In this document: positions 26,927 through 40,289 of the stretch, piece after piece
How positions within the stretch are numbered: position 1 is the stretch's first letter
Layout of the letters: each line of letters starts with the position of its first letter
Origin: the human T2T-CHM13v2.0 reference genome, Homo sapiens
Strand: one strand, 5' to 3'
Assembly: GCF_009914755.1 (NCBI RefSeq)
Contig: NC_060930.1
Length of the DNA: 64,000 bases
Notes under the pieces: model-generated
Database searches by the model: none
What the model saw: the letters and a program-made list of their open reading frames with translations, nothing else
Told to the model about the DNA's origin: nothing
Translations under genes and position numbers: made by a program

Positions 26927-28814
26927 TGACGTACAAAGTGACAGCCACTAAATAGCTGTTAAATAAACTAACCGATTAACAAGAAATGGTGGAGCGCTAG
27001 CTAAACACTGATTTCACATCCTTTCTTTTCCACCAACTCCACTTTCCGCATTCTTAGAACCAGGAATGTCCTCGAAAGTAACCAAGCTTGGAAGAAAACA
27101 GAAACAAAGAAGAAAACTATTTGGCAGATTCCCAGTATTCTGTCATGGACAATTGCTCTTCACACCCCATGCTGGGTGGGAAACCAGCTTCTGGGCAGGG
27201 GAAGGAGGGACTCCCCATGCAGGAGTTTAAATGACTAGAGCGCCTACTCTCACTTCTCAACACAAGCAAAGGGAAAAGATTGGTGGCCGATCTCTGCATA
27301 GCTTAGAATTATGTATAACCCTTTCAGAACGATTGTCCCCTTTATGATTACAGATGGTCTTCATTTTGAAAAAATTTCAGCAAGATAAAAAATTTGCCTC
27401 AAGTCCTTGGTGGAAGAAAGGCAATTGAATGAATGAATGAAGGAAGAAATGAATGAATGGGCTAAGTGAAAGAATAAACATAGAGAAAAGTAAGGGTGGA
27501 GCTCTTGGGCGGCTCACTATGGACAGGGAGAACACAGTGTGCTGTCACTTGTCCTCAGCCCCTTGGAGATGATCCTAATGACTACAGGGATAGGACACGC
27601 ACAGAATCCAATCCTCAGTCACCATTTCTCGCCAGTCAGGACTCATGTCCAAAGAGGCTGAAAAGGACGTAAATGATTCTAATCCACCATAAAGAATAAG
27701 TGACGGCCCACACTTTGAAGTACTGAAATAATTCAGGAAAAATAAAAGCTTAGTTGCTGTCAGGTAAGCTCTCTGACGACAGTAGGAAGAGGGGAGGGGC
27801 CATGTACTTACACACCAGGAAGCATCTACCCAGAACAATTTCATAAGTAGAAATCATGCTGGTTTGAATGTTGCACTAAAACCAGCACCTCCAGGTCAAC
27901 TTGGAGACCGGGAGTCACTCATTCCTCTTCTGGGGCATGTGGAGGTCCTCCCTGCCCCAGTTGAGGAGTGTTCACAGTGGGGAAACACCACCAGATGTCT
28001 GGCACCAACTCAGGAAGTAGGAGCCTGAATGAGTCCCTCCTCTCCCACAGGCCACAGCAAGTGGCTGAGAACTCACCCAAGTGTAGGATGGAACCGCTGG
28101 TGGATCATCTTGCCTCCCCGACGCTCTGGCCCTCTCTGGGCAGGCGGGCGGGAGGTGACAGCTAGTCCTGCTGCATGCTCATGTTTCCCTCTCCATGCAG
28201 CGAGCGGACTTGCTTCTAGAGGCAGCTGTAAGCATTTCCCTACTGAGCAACCACACACGTCGGATGTGAGTGGCATATGTATGTGTGTGTTTTTCCTTCC
28301 GGTTGCTGTGAGGTGATGTTGTCTTGGTTCATTTCCTCTCTGTGCTTCTTCTTTTTTTTCTCTGTCATACTTTCTGATTCGCTGAGGACACTTTGTAGTT
28401 TAGGGACAGGTAAGAAAGCTTGTTCTCATCTGGCCTCTTTGCTATTTTTAGAAAGGTAGGTGATCTTTAAATTCGTATTGCAAGGAAATTTGTCAAAATG
28501 TATTCTTCTAAGTGGCATAAGCTCCCTCCTAGGCCGCACTGAAGCAAAAGTTAGGCTATTTCCAAGCCAACTGAATTGGGATTTTATGGTTTTATGGACT
28601 CAGTATGTTGCAAAGGGTTCCACTATTAATTGACATGAAACATTCTTTCCTATGACAAGTACTTATTGAGCTTGTACACTGGAATAGACACCATGCTAGA
28701 GGCTAGGTGCTCAGAGAGTTTCCTACTTACAATGTGGTATGGAAGCCTAGATCTGTGTATGTAGAAGGGAATTCGAAAGCCCAAACCCTTTGTCTTCTTC
28801 ATTCTGTGCTTTCA

Positions 28815-29022
28815 AGTAGCAGACAAGTGGCTCTGAGACAAGCCTCCTGGGTTTGAATTATGGCTCTGCTCTTTAAACACTTCTGGCCTTTCTGTGCCAC
28901 GGCCTCCTCATCTGTAAAATGGGAACAGTCACAGGATTGTTGTGAGAATTAAGTGAATTAGTACATGTAAAGCACTCCAAGAATGCCTGGCACAAATAGA
29001 GTAAGCGCAATATAAGTGTTTG
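28815..29022 (+). mobile_element. MIR
   Basis: CCTGGGTTTGAAT...CCTCATCTGTAAAATGGG...GTTGTGAGAATTAA...TGCCTGGCACA. Confidence 0.85.
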
Positions 29023-30687
29023 CCGTGATCATTCGTGGCAACTTTGTATTATTATCAGCTGAGATCTTTGCTATTTTCCTACCCTTCCTCATTTTCCACT
29101 CCTTGCTCATGCCTAGCAAACGACTTGGGGACATAGAGGGTTGAGAGGAAAGAGAGAGAGGAGGTTTGATAATGGATGTTCCCCAAATGATCCTGTGGTG
29201 CTTGATGTTTCTGCTCCAACTCCTTCCTGCTCCATCATGAAGACAAAGAAAGGGCTGCCCTTGGTCCCACCCATCAGACTCAGCTCATGTATGTTGCACT
29301 CTTGTGGCATCTCTTTTGTTGTTGTTGTTGTTGTTTGTTTTGTTTTGTTTTGTTTTAATTTTCTGTAAGACTTCTCTGAAATTCATTTATTTTTAAATGT
29401 TTGAGCTGGTTCAAATCTTGCTAAAGAATATTCTGCTCATACAAAGGTGCCACACTTAAAGCAATAAACACTCAGCTCAGTGCCATGTACACTGGGTCTT
29501 ATGAAGAAATCAATGACAAGAACATCGATATTAATCATCATATATTGTATATATTGTATACATATATTGTACCTGTTAAGTGCAATTAACAATATTCAGC
29601 AAGGTATGCTTTTATTCTTCTTTCCTCTCTTTCTTTCTCCTTACAAAACCATTCTTGAGTACATGCTATGTATCCACATCGTTCCAGATTTGAGCTAGAA
29701 TTATTCTACTCTGAAGTTTTTATTTTATAATACAGAGTGTTTATAATAAATTGATGGAGGTAGAGAAGTCTGGATAGTACATGTTTTATCAAAACGTCCT
29801 TTTATGTTTTTCCCCTTATACCGTATCAGGTAAGGAATTATTTTCTTCATCAGGCATTTAATTAGTATAACTTTAAATGTACAAACTTTAGAAAACATAA
29901 TTAATAATTTTGTAGTATGACTTGAATATTAATGCCATCAAATTGTCTGCATAAGTCAGTTACACTCTAGAGATATTAAAAATGCTAAGCTTGGGCTCCT
30001 TTTACATAAAATACTTGAGACTGACAACCTTATTATCCTGAACTCTGTTTTTTCATCTTCATCCTATGGCTTCATTTCCCACTTCCAGCTGCCTGGACCT
30101 CCCACTGCTGAGTTTTTCAGAACAGAGAGCGAGCGAGCATGTCCTTCAAGGCAAACTCAGGAACTGAGACTTTGTCCAAAAACAGATCAGACTTATTTTA
30201 GAAAAACAAGTTAAATATTTTTCCCATTTGCAAAGATGCCGGTTTTCTATGTCTGTTTTCCTACTTACAGTGTTAGATTTTCTTCTTCTTCTTTGGTTTA
30301 TTTTCTTTTTGATTAGTAGCAGGTTATGCTGCATGTCAACATTTTGGCAAACCACAGATGATTCTGACAAAAAACAAACAACTTTAATTTCTAATCACTC
30401 TATCCATTGAGGACAGGGCTTACATTTTCATCTTCATTTAAACCAGCTTCTTGACTGCTTTAATTAGCTCCTTCATGCCATCTCAGTTAGCTGGAATCTT
30501 AGCTTGCACCACAAAATGCTTTATAACTACCTGTGAAGCAGTAGCCAAACCCCAGGCAACTGTTTTGAATTTGTTATGGAGGTCTGGTCCAAGGAGCAGC
30601 TGTTGTATGGAGTGGAGGATGAGGATGGGGGAAGGAAAAGTAAGGAGAATTTGAGAAGACTCAAAGGTTGAGAAATCTATGGCCAAA

Positions 30688-30733
30688 GTGTGTGCACATG
30701 TGTGTGTGCATGTGTGCACGCATGCACATGTGT
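30688..30733. repeat. 46-nt alternating purine/pyrimidine tract (GT/GC/AC/AT mix)
   Basis: GTGTGTGCACATGTGTGTGTGCATGTGTGCACGCATGCACATGTGT. Confidence 0.85.
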
Positions 30734-33145
30734 CTATTTATGATTCCATTTGCTTGACTCATTCCCCTCCACGATGGAAGACAGTATGAGCCATGGGGAA
30801 TCAACTGCCCACTGAGGAATTTAAATGAAAATGCTCAAGGGCTGGTCTGGCAAATTTTAAGAACAAAGTTGTCTAGAATTATAATGGATGCCTCCTCCCT
30901 TCTTGGGAATGGGAGTTTGTCTTGTGGTTTTCATTTTTAGATGAGGAAATCAGAGCTCAAAAAGATCCCGTTCATTTTTTCCCATTCATTAACTATCGCA
31001 TACCTGCGAAGTCTCCTGAGCTTTCCTGGGCATTCTCGATACCTCGCTCCACAGGACACCCTCCAGAAACCTGTAGCTCAGTGGGAGATAAGCCAGCAAG
31101 ATAGCTGTTTCTGTTCATTAGTTAATTCATGATCTTAAAAGCATTATTTAACATGGGCTAAAATAAATAAAAAAGAAATGAGAATCAGTTTCTCCCCTAA
31201 GAGAGATGATAGTCTGGAAGGCATGGAAGAATGAGCCTTATTCACCTTCCTCTTCTGCTCTCTTGCCCTTATAAACCTCCTTTTCTCTCTCCCCTAACAG
31301 GACACCTTTGTCTTTTGCCTGTCTATTCTCCCAGTCCCTCAGCCAAGTCCTGGGCTCTCTAGCCCTCCTACATTGCCAGAACTCCATGACCTATTTCAGC
31401 AATGTGTATAATGTAGATTTCCTTGCTCTTGTTCTTCCATTTTCCACCCATGTCATGCACCAGAGCTATCCAGACTTACTGGGGAAAGTTAATAAGGCAA
31501 CTTGTTTCCTTGCAAATTCTCCCCAATAATCTTAACTGAGGCCCTTCTGCTGCTCAAGAATTTTCCTTCTCATCTCCTGCTGTCTGTCAGGTCCCCTGTG
31601 GTATCCCTTCTAGACCTTTCTCATGTTCTAAAAGCTCTAAGCCTAGCTGTTGCCTCCTGTTATGCCTGGGGTAAGGTCTCATGATGGGAACTCTTTCAGG
31701 ATGCCTCAAGATCCCTGCAGTTTCACCATTTCTTCCATACTGTTCCCCATTCTCTGTCCATTCTTCAGTCCTTTGAATTACAGCTTCAAGCATCACCACC
31801 CAATTAATAATGATAGTAAGAGCTATCATTTTAAATTTATATTAGCAGGAGGCAAACAACATTGGCAAAGATGAAACCATTCTTCTAGTCATAGAACAGC
31901 TGTTTGAGAAAACACGGGCACCTGGAAGAGCAAAAGGAAGAAAGACTGAACACTTTTAAAGACAGAAGTGATGCCAAATTGTAAAGATTCTGACTTATTG
32001 GAAGCATTCATTGCATTTAGGCATCTTGCAAACACGTATTTCTCCATGGTTTACACCCTGTTTGCCTACCCTTCCACTACATAATAACCATCTTTGACTT
32101 CTCAAAAAATACTTGGTAAAACTTAATTAGTGCTAATTTCTCTATAACTTTAAAATAAAATTTTAAAATCTACAAGTAATAAATTTATCTTGTAAAGAAC
32201 TAACATTGCAGATGAGGTTCTCCAAAGTGTCTTTGCCCATCAGCCCTAGTTTTAATTTTCTCTCTTGCTTTGCCCACAGAGAACCTTTGCTATCGGTTTG
32301 AGGTACATTCTACTAAGACATTTTCAGGCATTCATATAAATATATGTCACCACTGCCAATTTGCAGTTGTGCACATGTGTACTACCCTTGCCCTTGAGCA
32401 TTGCATGTGCACACAAACAGAACCTGATACTGAAACCATCATACTGTACTATCCTCGGTTTCTGAGGGAACTGTATAAACTGCCGTTCTGGTTTCACATG
32501 AAACAGCAACTTGGAAACAACATCTTATTCACGAGAATGTAAAAAACAAAACTGCATTGCTGCTTTAGATGGTTGAACAGGTGAGGCTCCTCAGTTTATC
32601 TGAATCTTGTCCATTTGTTTTCTAAATACATAGAAATGTGGATTCACATCCAGCTGATTTACCTCTGGGTAGAGATTCCTGGATCAAATACTAAAGATCT
32701 ATTTGCCATTTGATAAAGTGATTTTTGGGATTGTTCCTTTTTGCCTTCACAATCACCTAGCTAAAAAGTCAAATCACAACCCTCCCCTGATATATACATA
32801 AGCTGCCCCTGACAATGACCCCAGACACGGGGAGGGATGCCAAGTGCTGGGATTATTTACATCCACTTTTTTCTCTACAATGACTGACTGTTTACCTCTC
32901 TCCTTCCTTGGGCGTTTCCCTTATCCTGACTCTCATAGCAGCCTCCATTTCACAGTGCCATACTGTGGGTTAACTACTTTCTAAATTGAGAAATATTTTT
33001 TACTGATCCCTAGTAGTTAAAACTGCAGCACTCCCTGTTTGTTCCCTTTAGTTTTTATACAATGATTTTTTCTCTAAGACAATAGAAATTTAAACTGGAA
33101 ATCCAACTTACCCTTCCTCTATTTTCACCACAACTTTTCTTATAA

Positions 33146-33960
<815 letters not shown>

Positions 33961-33966
33961 TCCATT

Positions 33967-34403
33967 TGTCCTAGTTCATTTGCATTGCTATAAAGGAATA
34001 CTTGAGCCTGGTCATTTATAAAGAAAAGAGCTTTATTTGGCTCATTGTTCTGCTGGGCTGTACAAGTCGCATGGTGCCATTGCTTGGGGGAGGGACAGGA
34101 GGGCCTCAGGGAGCTTCCAGTCATGTTGGAAGAGGAAGGGAAGCTTGCATGTGCAGAGATCAGGTGATGAGAGAGGAAGCAAGAAAGGGCGGAAGTGCCA
34201 GGCTCTTTTTAACAACCAGCTCTTGTGGGAACTAATAGATTAAAAACCCACTCACCACCCTGTCAAGGGAAGACACTAATCTAATCTGCACTAATGAAGG
34301 GTCTGCACCCATGACCCAAACACCTTCAATCCAGCCCCACTTTCAACATTGGGGGTTAAATTTCAGCATGAGATTTGGAGGGACAAACATCCAAACTATT
34401 GTC
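33967..34403 (-). mobile_element. MST-type (MSTB-like) solo LTR
   Basis: TTGCTATAAAGGAATACTTGAG...TTTATTTGGCTCA...CATGAGATTTGGAGGGACAAACATCCAAAC. Confidence 0.88.
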
Positions 34404-34703
34404 TTTTGCCTGTCTGTTCTCCCAGTCATTACCCATGTCATTACCGTATTCTCAGTCCCTCTGCCCCAAAACACTGCAGATCTTTTCCCCACTGCATCTT
34501 CAATCCAACCAGTCACCATATTCTGTGTTGTTGTCTTTTTAAATTAAATCTCAAATCCAATCTTGTTGACGCATTCAGTTCCCTCTCTGTGTGTCCCTTG
34601 CCACTTTCTTAGTTTAGACGTTAATTGCTCAGACTGTTACAACAATTCCAAGCTGTGAGGTCCTCTTCTAGCCTCTATAGAACACTGTTAGGAACACGGT
34701 AGG

Positions 34704-35062
34704 TGCTATAGTTCAGATTTTTGTGTCCCCCCCAAAATTCATATGTTGGAACCTAATTCTTAAGGTGTTATTATTAGGAAGTGGGGCATTTGAGAGGTGA
34801 TTAGGAGATGAGGACAGTGTCCTGATGAATGGAATTAGTCCCCTTATAAAAGAGGCCTGAAGGAGTCTTTTGCTCCTCTCACCACATGCAGACCCAGCTG
34901 GAAGGCACTATCTATGAGGAAGAGGGACCTCAGCAGACACTGAATCTGCTGGCGCCTTGATCTTAGACTTCCAGCCTCCACTACTGGGAGCAATCACTTT
35001 CTGTTGTTTGTAAGTTACTCAGTCCTAGTTATTTGGTATAGCAGCCTGAATGGGCCAATACA
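34704..35062 (+). mobile_element. MLT1A-type solo LTR
   Basis: TGCTATAG...CCCCAAAATTCATATGTTG...GACTTCCAGCCTCCA...AATACA. Confidence 0.88.
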
Positions 35063-36649
35063 CCAGGTCCTCAGGAGATATTAATTGAATGAACATCTTC
35101 AAAATATTAGATACTTCCATAGACAAACTTCATATCTTCTCATGTTCACTTTCTGCTTAAAGACTTTTGCCAACTTCCTGTTGCCTACAAAATAGAATTG
35201 AAATGACTGTGCTGGTGAATGGCAGTCCACTCTTCTCTTTACATTCTCTCCTGCCTTGTCCACCTCTGCAGTGCCCTTCACCTTCCCATCACATCAAACT
35301 GTGATTCACCCTTGGGCCCCACACATGTTCATGCTCCTGCTTTCTCTGGATAAGTTCATCCCATTTAAACCAGGGGCCAGCCTTCTCGTCCCATACTTCC
35401 ATTTGTCTCAGTCCATTTGTGTTGCTATAAAGAAATACCTGAGGCTGCTAATTTATTAAACATTGAGGCTGCTCTCGGTCCCCTCCTATTCCATAATTTC
35501 TCATGGTTATGGCATGTAAAGGCTGTTCCCCTGCCTAGAATGCCCTTTCTCCTTGTCTTTCTGGCAACCCCTTGGTATCCCCTGGACAGAGTCTTCCTCT
35601 CCTCCTTCACTGTCACCAGGCCCTCTATTAATCACATAATGTCACAATAGTGTATCTCCATTCCCTGGACTTTGAGGCTCCAGAGGGCAGGGAACTGTTG
35701 TTTATTCATTCTGGAGACCAAACTAAACATTTTACAAAGTAGTCCATGGAGGTCTCTTATCAGAATCACCTATGAGGCTGGTTAAATGTAGATTCCCAGG
35801 CTCTGTGACTCAACTGCCAAATTCTGTTTGTCTTGGTCGTGGGACTGTCCTAGGCAAATCTTACGGACATGAATGTTTGAGAACACTTCTACAGCATCCA
35901 ACAAATATTTGATGAATAAAAACTTGATTAAAAAAGTACTGAGATCCCTGCTCCTAAAATTCTGCTCTATTTCCTTCATTCCTCTGGGGTGTAGTTTGGC
36001 TGGGGACAGGCCCAGGTATTTGGCTCAGTCATAGATCAAAGTGACCTAAATGGGAAACAGCTGTGCGTTATTCCCCAACCATGTCACGCAAGTACCTATT
36101 GTCCTGTCCAAAACGCCAAATTAGGTTTAGGGCCATTCAAATTCCGGAAGATGGTTGGCTGTGATAAGAACTAACAAATTCTTGCTCAAGTGGAAACTGG
36201 TTTTGCAGGGCATACTCTGCATTTTTAACTCACTAAAGCCAAGTTCTTAAGTTTAAGTGGTTCGTAAGTATCTTCTAATGAGCTGCACGGTTCCATTTGC
36301 TGTGCCTATCATCGGTATTGATAACTCTAGTATCAGCTAGTAGCCCTCACCTGTTGACACTGAGTGGATTGTGAATGAGCTTTTTTAGACTTTAGATGAG
36401 ACTGCTGGGAGACTGTAATGATAGGCAAGCCTTGTTTTGGCCACAAACTCTCTAAAATGTCCTTTTTAATCTTGAGCTCTAGCAACACAATTTTGAGATC
36501 TGTCATAATGCACCATACCAGAACCCACGAAGACTTTACAAAACATACATCATCTGAATGACCTCAAGACTACACGACAACACATATTTGTTGTATTTGT
36601 TATTTACCAAATATGTATGTATTATGTATCATTACTTACCAGCCAATGA

Positions 36650-36981
<332 letters not shown>

Positions 36982-36994
36982 AATGAAATCTTTT

Positions 36995-37590
36995 AAAAAT
37001 TCCATATAGATGCCGCAGTTCCACTTCGGGATATATATATCCTAAGGACTTGAAATTATGTTGAAGAGATATCTGTACTCCCATGTTTACTGCAGCACTG
37101 TTTATAATAGCTAAAATAGGAAATTTTCCTGTGTCCATCAGTGAACGAATGGATAAAGAAAATGTGGTATATACACACAATGGAATACAATTTAGCCTTA
37201 AAAAGAAAGAAATCCTATAATTTGCAACAACAGGGATGGATATGGAAGACATTATGCTAAGTGAAATAAGCCAGGCACAGAAAGACAAATACTGCCTGCT
37301 CTCACTCATATGTGGAATCTAGAATAATTTAACTAATAGAGAGCAAAATGATGGTAAAATGATTTTTGCTCCAAATAATGTAAAAATACCAGAGGCTGGA
37401 GGTCAGGGAATGGGGAGGTGGTGGTAAAGGGGTAGAAAGTTAGACAAGAGGAATAAATGATAAGTATTTAAGGGGATGGATATGTTAATTAGCTTGATTC
37501 CAACATTCCTCGTTGTATACATACACCATAACATCACTGTGCACCCTATAATTATATCTGATTATAATTTGTAAAAAAAATAAATAAAAG
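36995..37590 (+). mobile_element. L1MA-type 3' end
   Basis: CTCCCATGTTTACTGCAGCAC...AAGTGAAATAAGCCAGGCACAGAAAGACAAATAC...AATAAA tail. Confidence 0.9.
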
Positions 37591-38016
37591 GACACATAAA
37601 AATGTAGAAACACACTGATATCATATACAGGTGAATACATATTTGTATCTGAGATATGGAAAATAAAGACACCAGGAGTGATTTGAAATTGCTCTTTCTG
37701 GTTCCTTTGTGGAGGAGTTAAGACCTGTCTATGGCATCCAAGAAGAAACAGGATATGGATTGGCAATTAAGCCACCAGCTGGATTGCTCAGATAATGCCA
37801 CAGTTAGGTGGAGCCTTAGAGGTCATCTAACTTTATTTAGTACATATTACTTATTCTTTAACATTTCCATCATTTCTTTATTACACAAATAACACACAGT
37901 CGTTATTGAAACCAGAAAAAAGAAATAATTTGAAAAGATGACAAAACCAATGTTACATTGGAGAATACATTCTTTTAGACATTTTCCCATGCATATGTAG
38001 TGTTAGCCATCAGAAT

Positions 38017-38513
38017 GTATTAGTTTTCTATTGCTGCTGTAACAAGTTACTGCAAACTTAACAGCTTAAAACAACACAAATCTGTTATATTACAGTTCTA
38101 TAGGTTAAAAGTTTAACACAGGTTTAACAGGGCTAAAGCTGGGGTGTTTGGCAGGCTGTGTTCCTCCTCTTTAGGTTGGGAAGAATCTGCTTCCTTGCCT
38201 TTTTCCAGCTTCTAGAGGCCATCCACATTCCTTGGTTCACGGCCCCTTCCTCTATCTTGAAAGCCAGTAGTGCAGCATCTCTCTGACCATTCTTCCCTCA
38301 TCACATCTCTCCTTGACCACAGCTGGGAAAATCTCTCCCTGATTTTAAGAACCCATATGATTAGACTGGGCCCACATGTATAATATAGGACCCTATCTCA
38401 AGGTTGTAACTTAATCATATCTGCAAAATCCCTTTTGCCATGTAAGGTAACATAGTCTCAAATTCTGAGAATTAGGATGTGGACATGTTTAGGGCTATTA
38501 TTTTGCCTATCAC
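38017..38513 (-). mobile_element. MLT1 (C/D/E-like) solo LTR
   Basis: TGTATTAGTTTTCTATTGCTGCTGTAACAA...TGCAAAATCCCTTTTGCCATGTAAGGTAACA. Confidence 0.88.
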
Positions 38514-40289
38514 ACATAGAGATGAAACAACTCATGTTCGTGCAGGATACGTGACTTACCCAAGATCACAAGCTGGTAAATATTGGATCTATTAGTTAAA
38601 CTTTTTCAGCGAGTCTGATGCAATTAGATTCTCTGGTGGAAATTCATGATGAAAGAGATGTAAGGAACTAATGGAAATTACTGATGAAAGGGACATAACA
38701 AAGAAATGCAGAGCTTGAATGGACTTAGTTCTGAGTCTCACACTTTGTTCTCAGTCTACAGATACCATGATCTTGATCTCTTAAAAGCAGGCATTGGCAC
38801 AGGAGGTGCCTGTCTGTTTCTGCTGCCACTCTTGACATCTCTCAGATGACCCCTTCTGGCTCCTTTCAATTTCCTTCTTTTGCTGTTTGGCTTGGCTTCT
38901 GCTGTCTCCTGCTTCCACCGGCTGCCTCCTTTCCATGAGTCTCTCGGTTTCTGGATCCTATTGCCACTTGCATTTCTCTCTGTGTCATTTTCAAGTTCCC
39001 TAAAAGAAAATATCTGATATAGTTCATTGTTCACTGCAGGGCACTAGGCAACCCTTATCGTGTAGAGATTCCCACTGTGTTATCTCTCTGGCTGCCAGCC
39101 AGTTTGCTGATGGCTGTCTTCAAAGACAACTGCCATTTCCTGGTTTCATCAGCCAGGATCATAGGGTCAAACGTGACAATCTGCACGTACGAAATCACTC
39201 ATGGTCACCTCCCTCAGCATAGCACCACGGGCAGGGTAGGCACAGAGAGACTTTTCTCCGAATCCTGGACTGGAATTTTCTTCCTGGCTCACCCCTGCAT
39301 ATACTGAAGCTGAGCCATATCGGGGTACCACAGCTAGAATGATGTAGCTGAATGAATGAGCGTGAGAAGGGGCCAAAGGGGAGGAAGACATCAGTCCCGA
39401 GAACCAAGACTGAATATGGGCATTTGGAAAACAGTTTAGGTAATTGCATTCAGTACTTCAAGGCTCTAATTGCTGTTCTTTAACAAGGAGGCCACATTGG
39501 CTTATGAAAAGTTCTAAAATTATATAATTTTTATCAGTAACCAGGACCTCAAGTTGCTCCCACAAACCACATAGGGCCTTGCAAAATGAGGCTTTGGGAA
39601 GGGGACTCTGATGTTTCTAAATTTCGCACCCTTTGGTTTCTCCAGCTACATTAGCTCTGAAAGGGGCACAAAATGGCCTCATTAACTGGGGAAGAACGAG
39701 TCTAAACGAGTTTCAGAAGAAGAAAAGGTCTCTTGGATCCATTGAGCCCTGCCACCACCCCCACCAACCTTCCTAATGGAAGAATGCTGCTGGAAAAGTG
39801 TCATCCGATATTTCCCACAAAAATGTGTGCTGTGGTCACAGCTCAGAGATGCCAACACAAATCTCCAACACAGCCACCTCCTGACTGAGAATACATTCTG
39901 GGCTGTTTTTAGTTTGAGCCTCAGTAATCGGGGACAAAAGCTGATTTCAATTTTAATTAATTACATGGGAGTGAACGGCCATCTGATCCATAGGGGTCAT
40001 AGCACATAATGCCCTCAGTGGCACTATGCCGGCAGAGCACTGGGAGGAACTTGTCTTTGTGGTATGCTACATTTTCTCTTCCTGTTGCACTTTTAGAGAA
40101 GATTCTCTAAAAATGATTGTGTCCTCAGCCTCCTACACTTTATAATAATTAACCAAATTCATTCATTTTTACTTTTTTTAAATAACAGTCTTCCTGCTGC
40201 CCATCAAAACATATTTTTTGAGCAATAAGCACTCTGTTCAGAGCTGGAATAAACTGGTGAGTAAAAACAGACATGGTCTGGGAGACTAC

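Noticed and set aside
39218-39238. REST/RE1-like site AGCACCACGGGCAG
   Set aside because: Mismatch in the strongly conserved GGACAG core and in the 5' TTC; too degenerate to call
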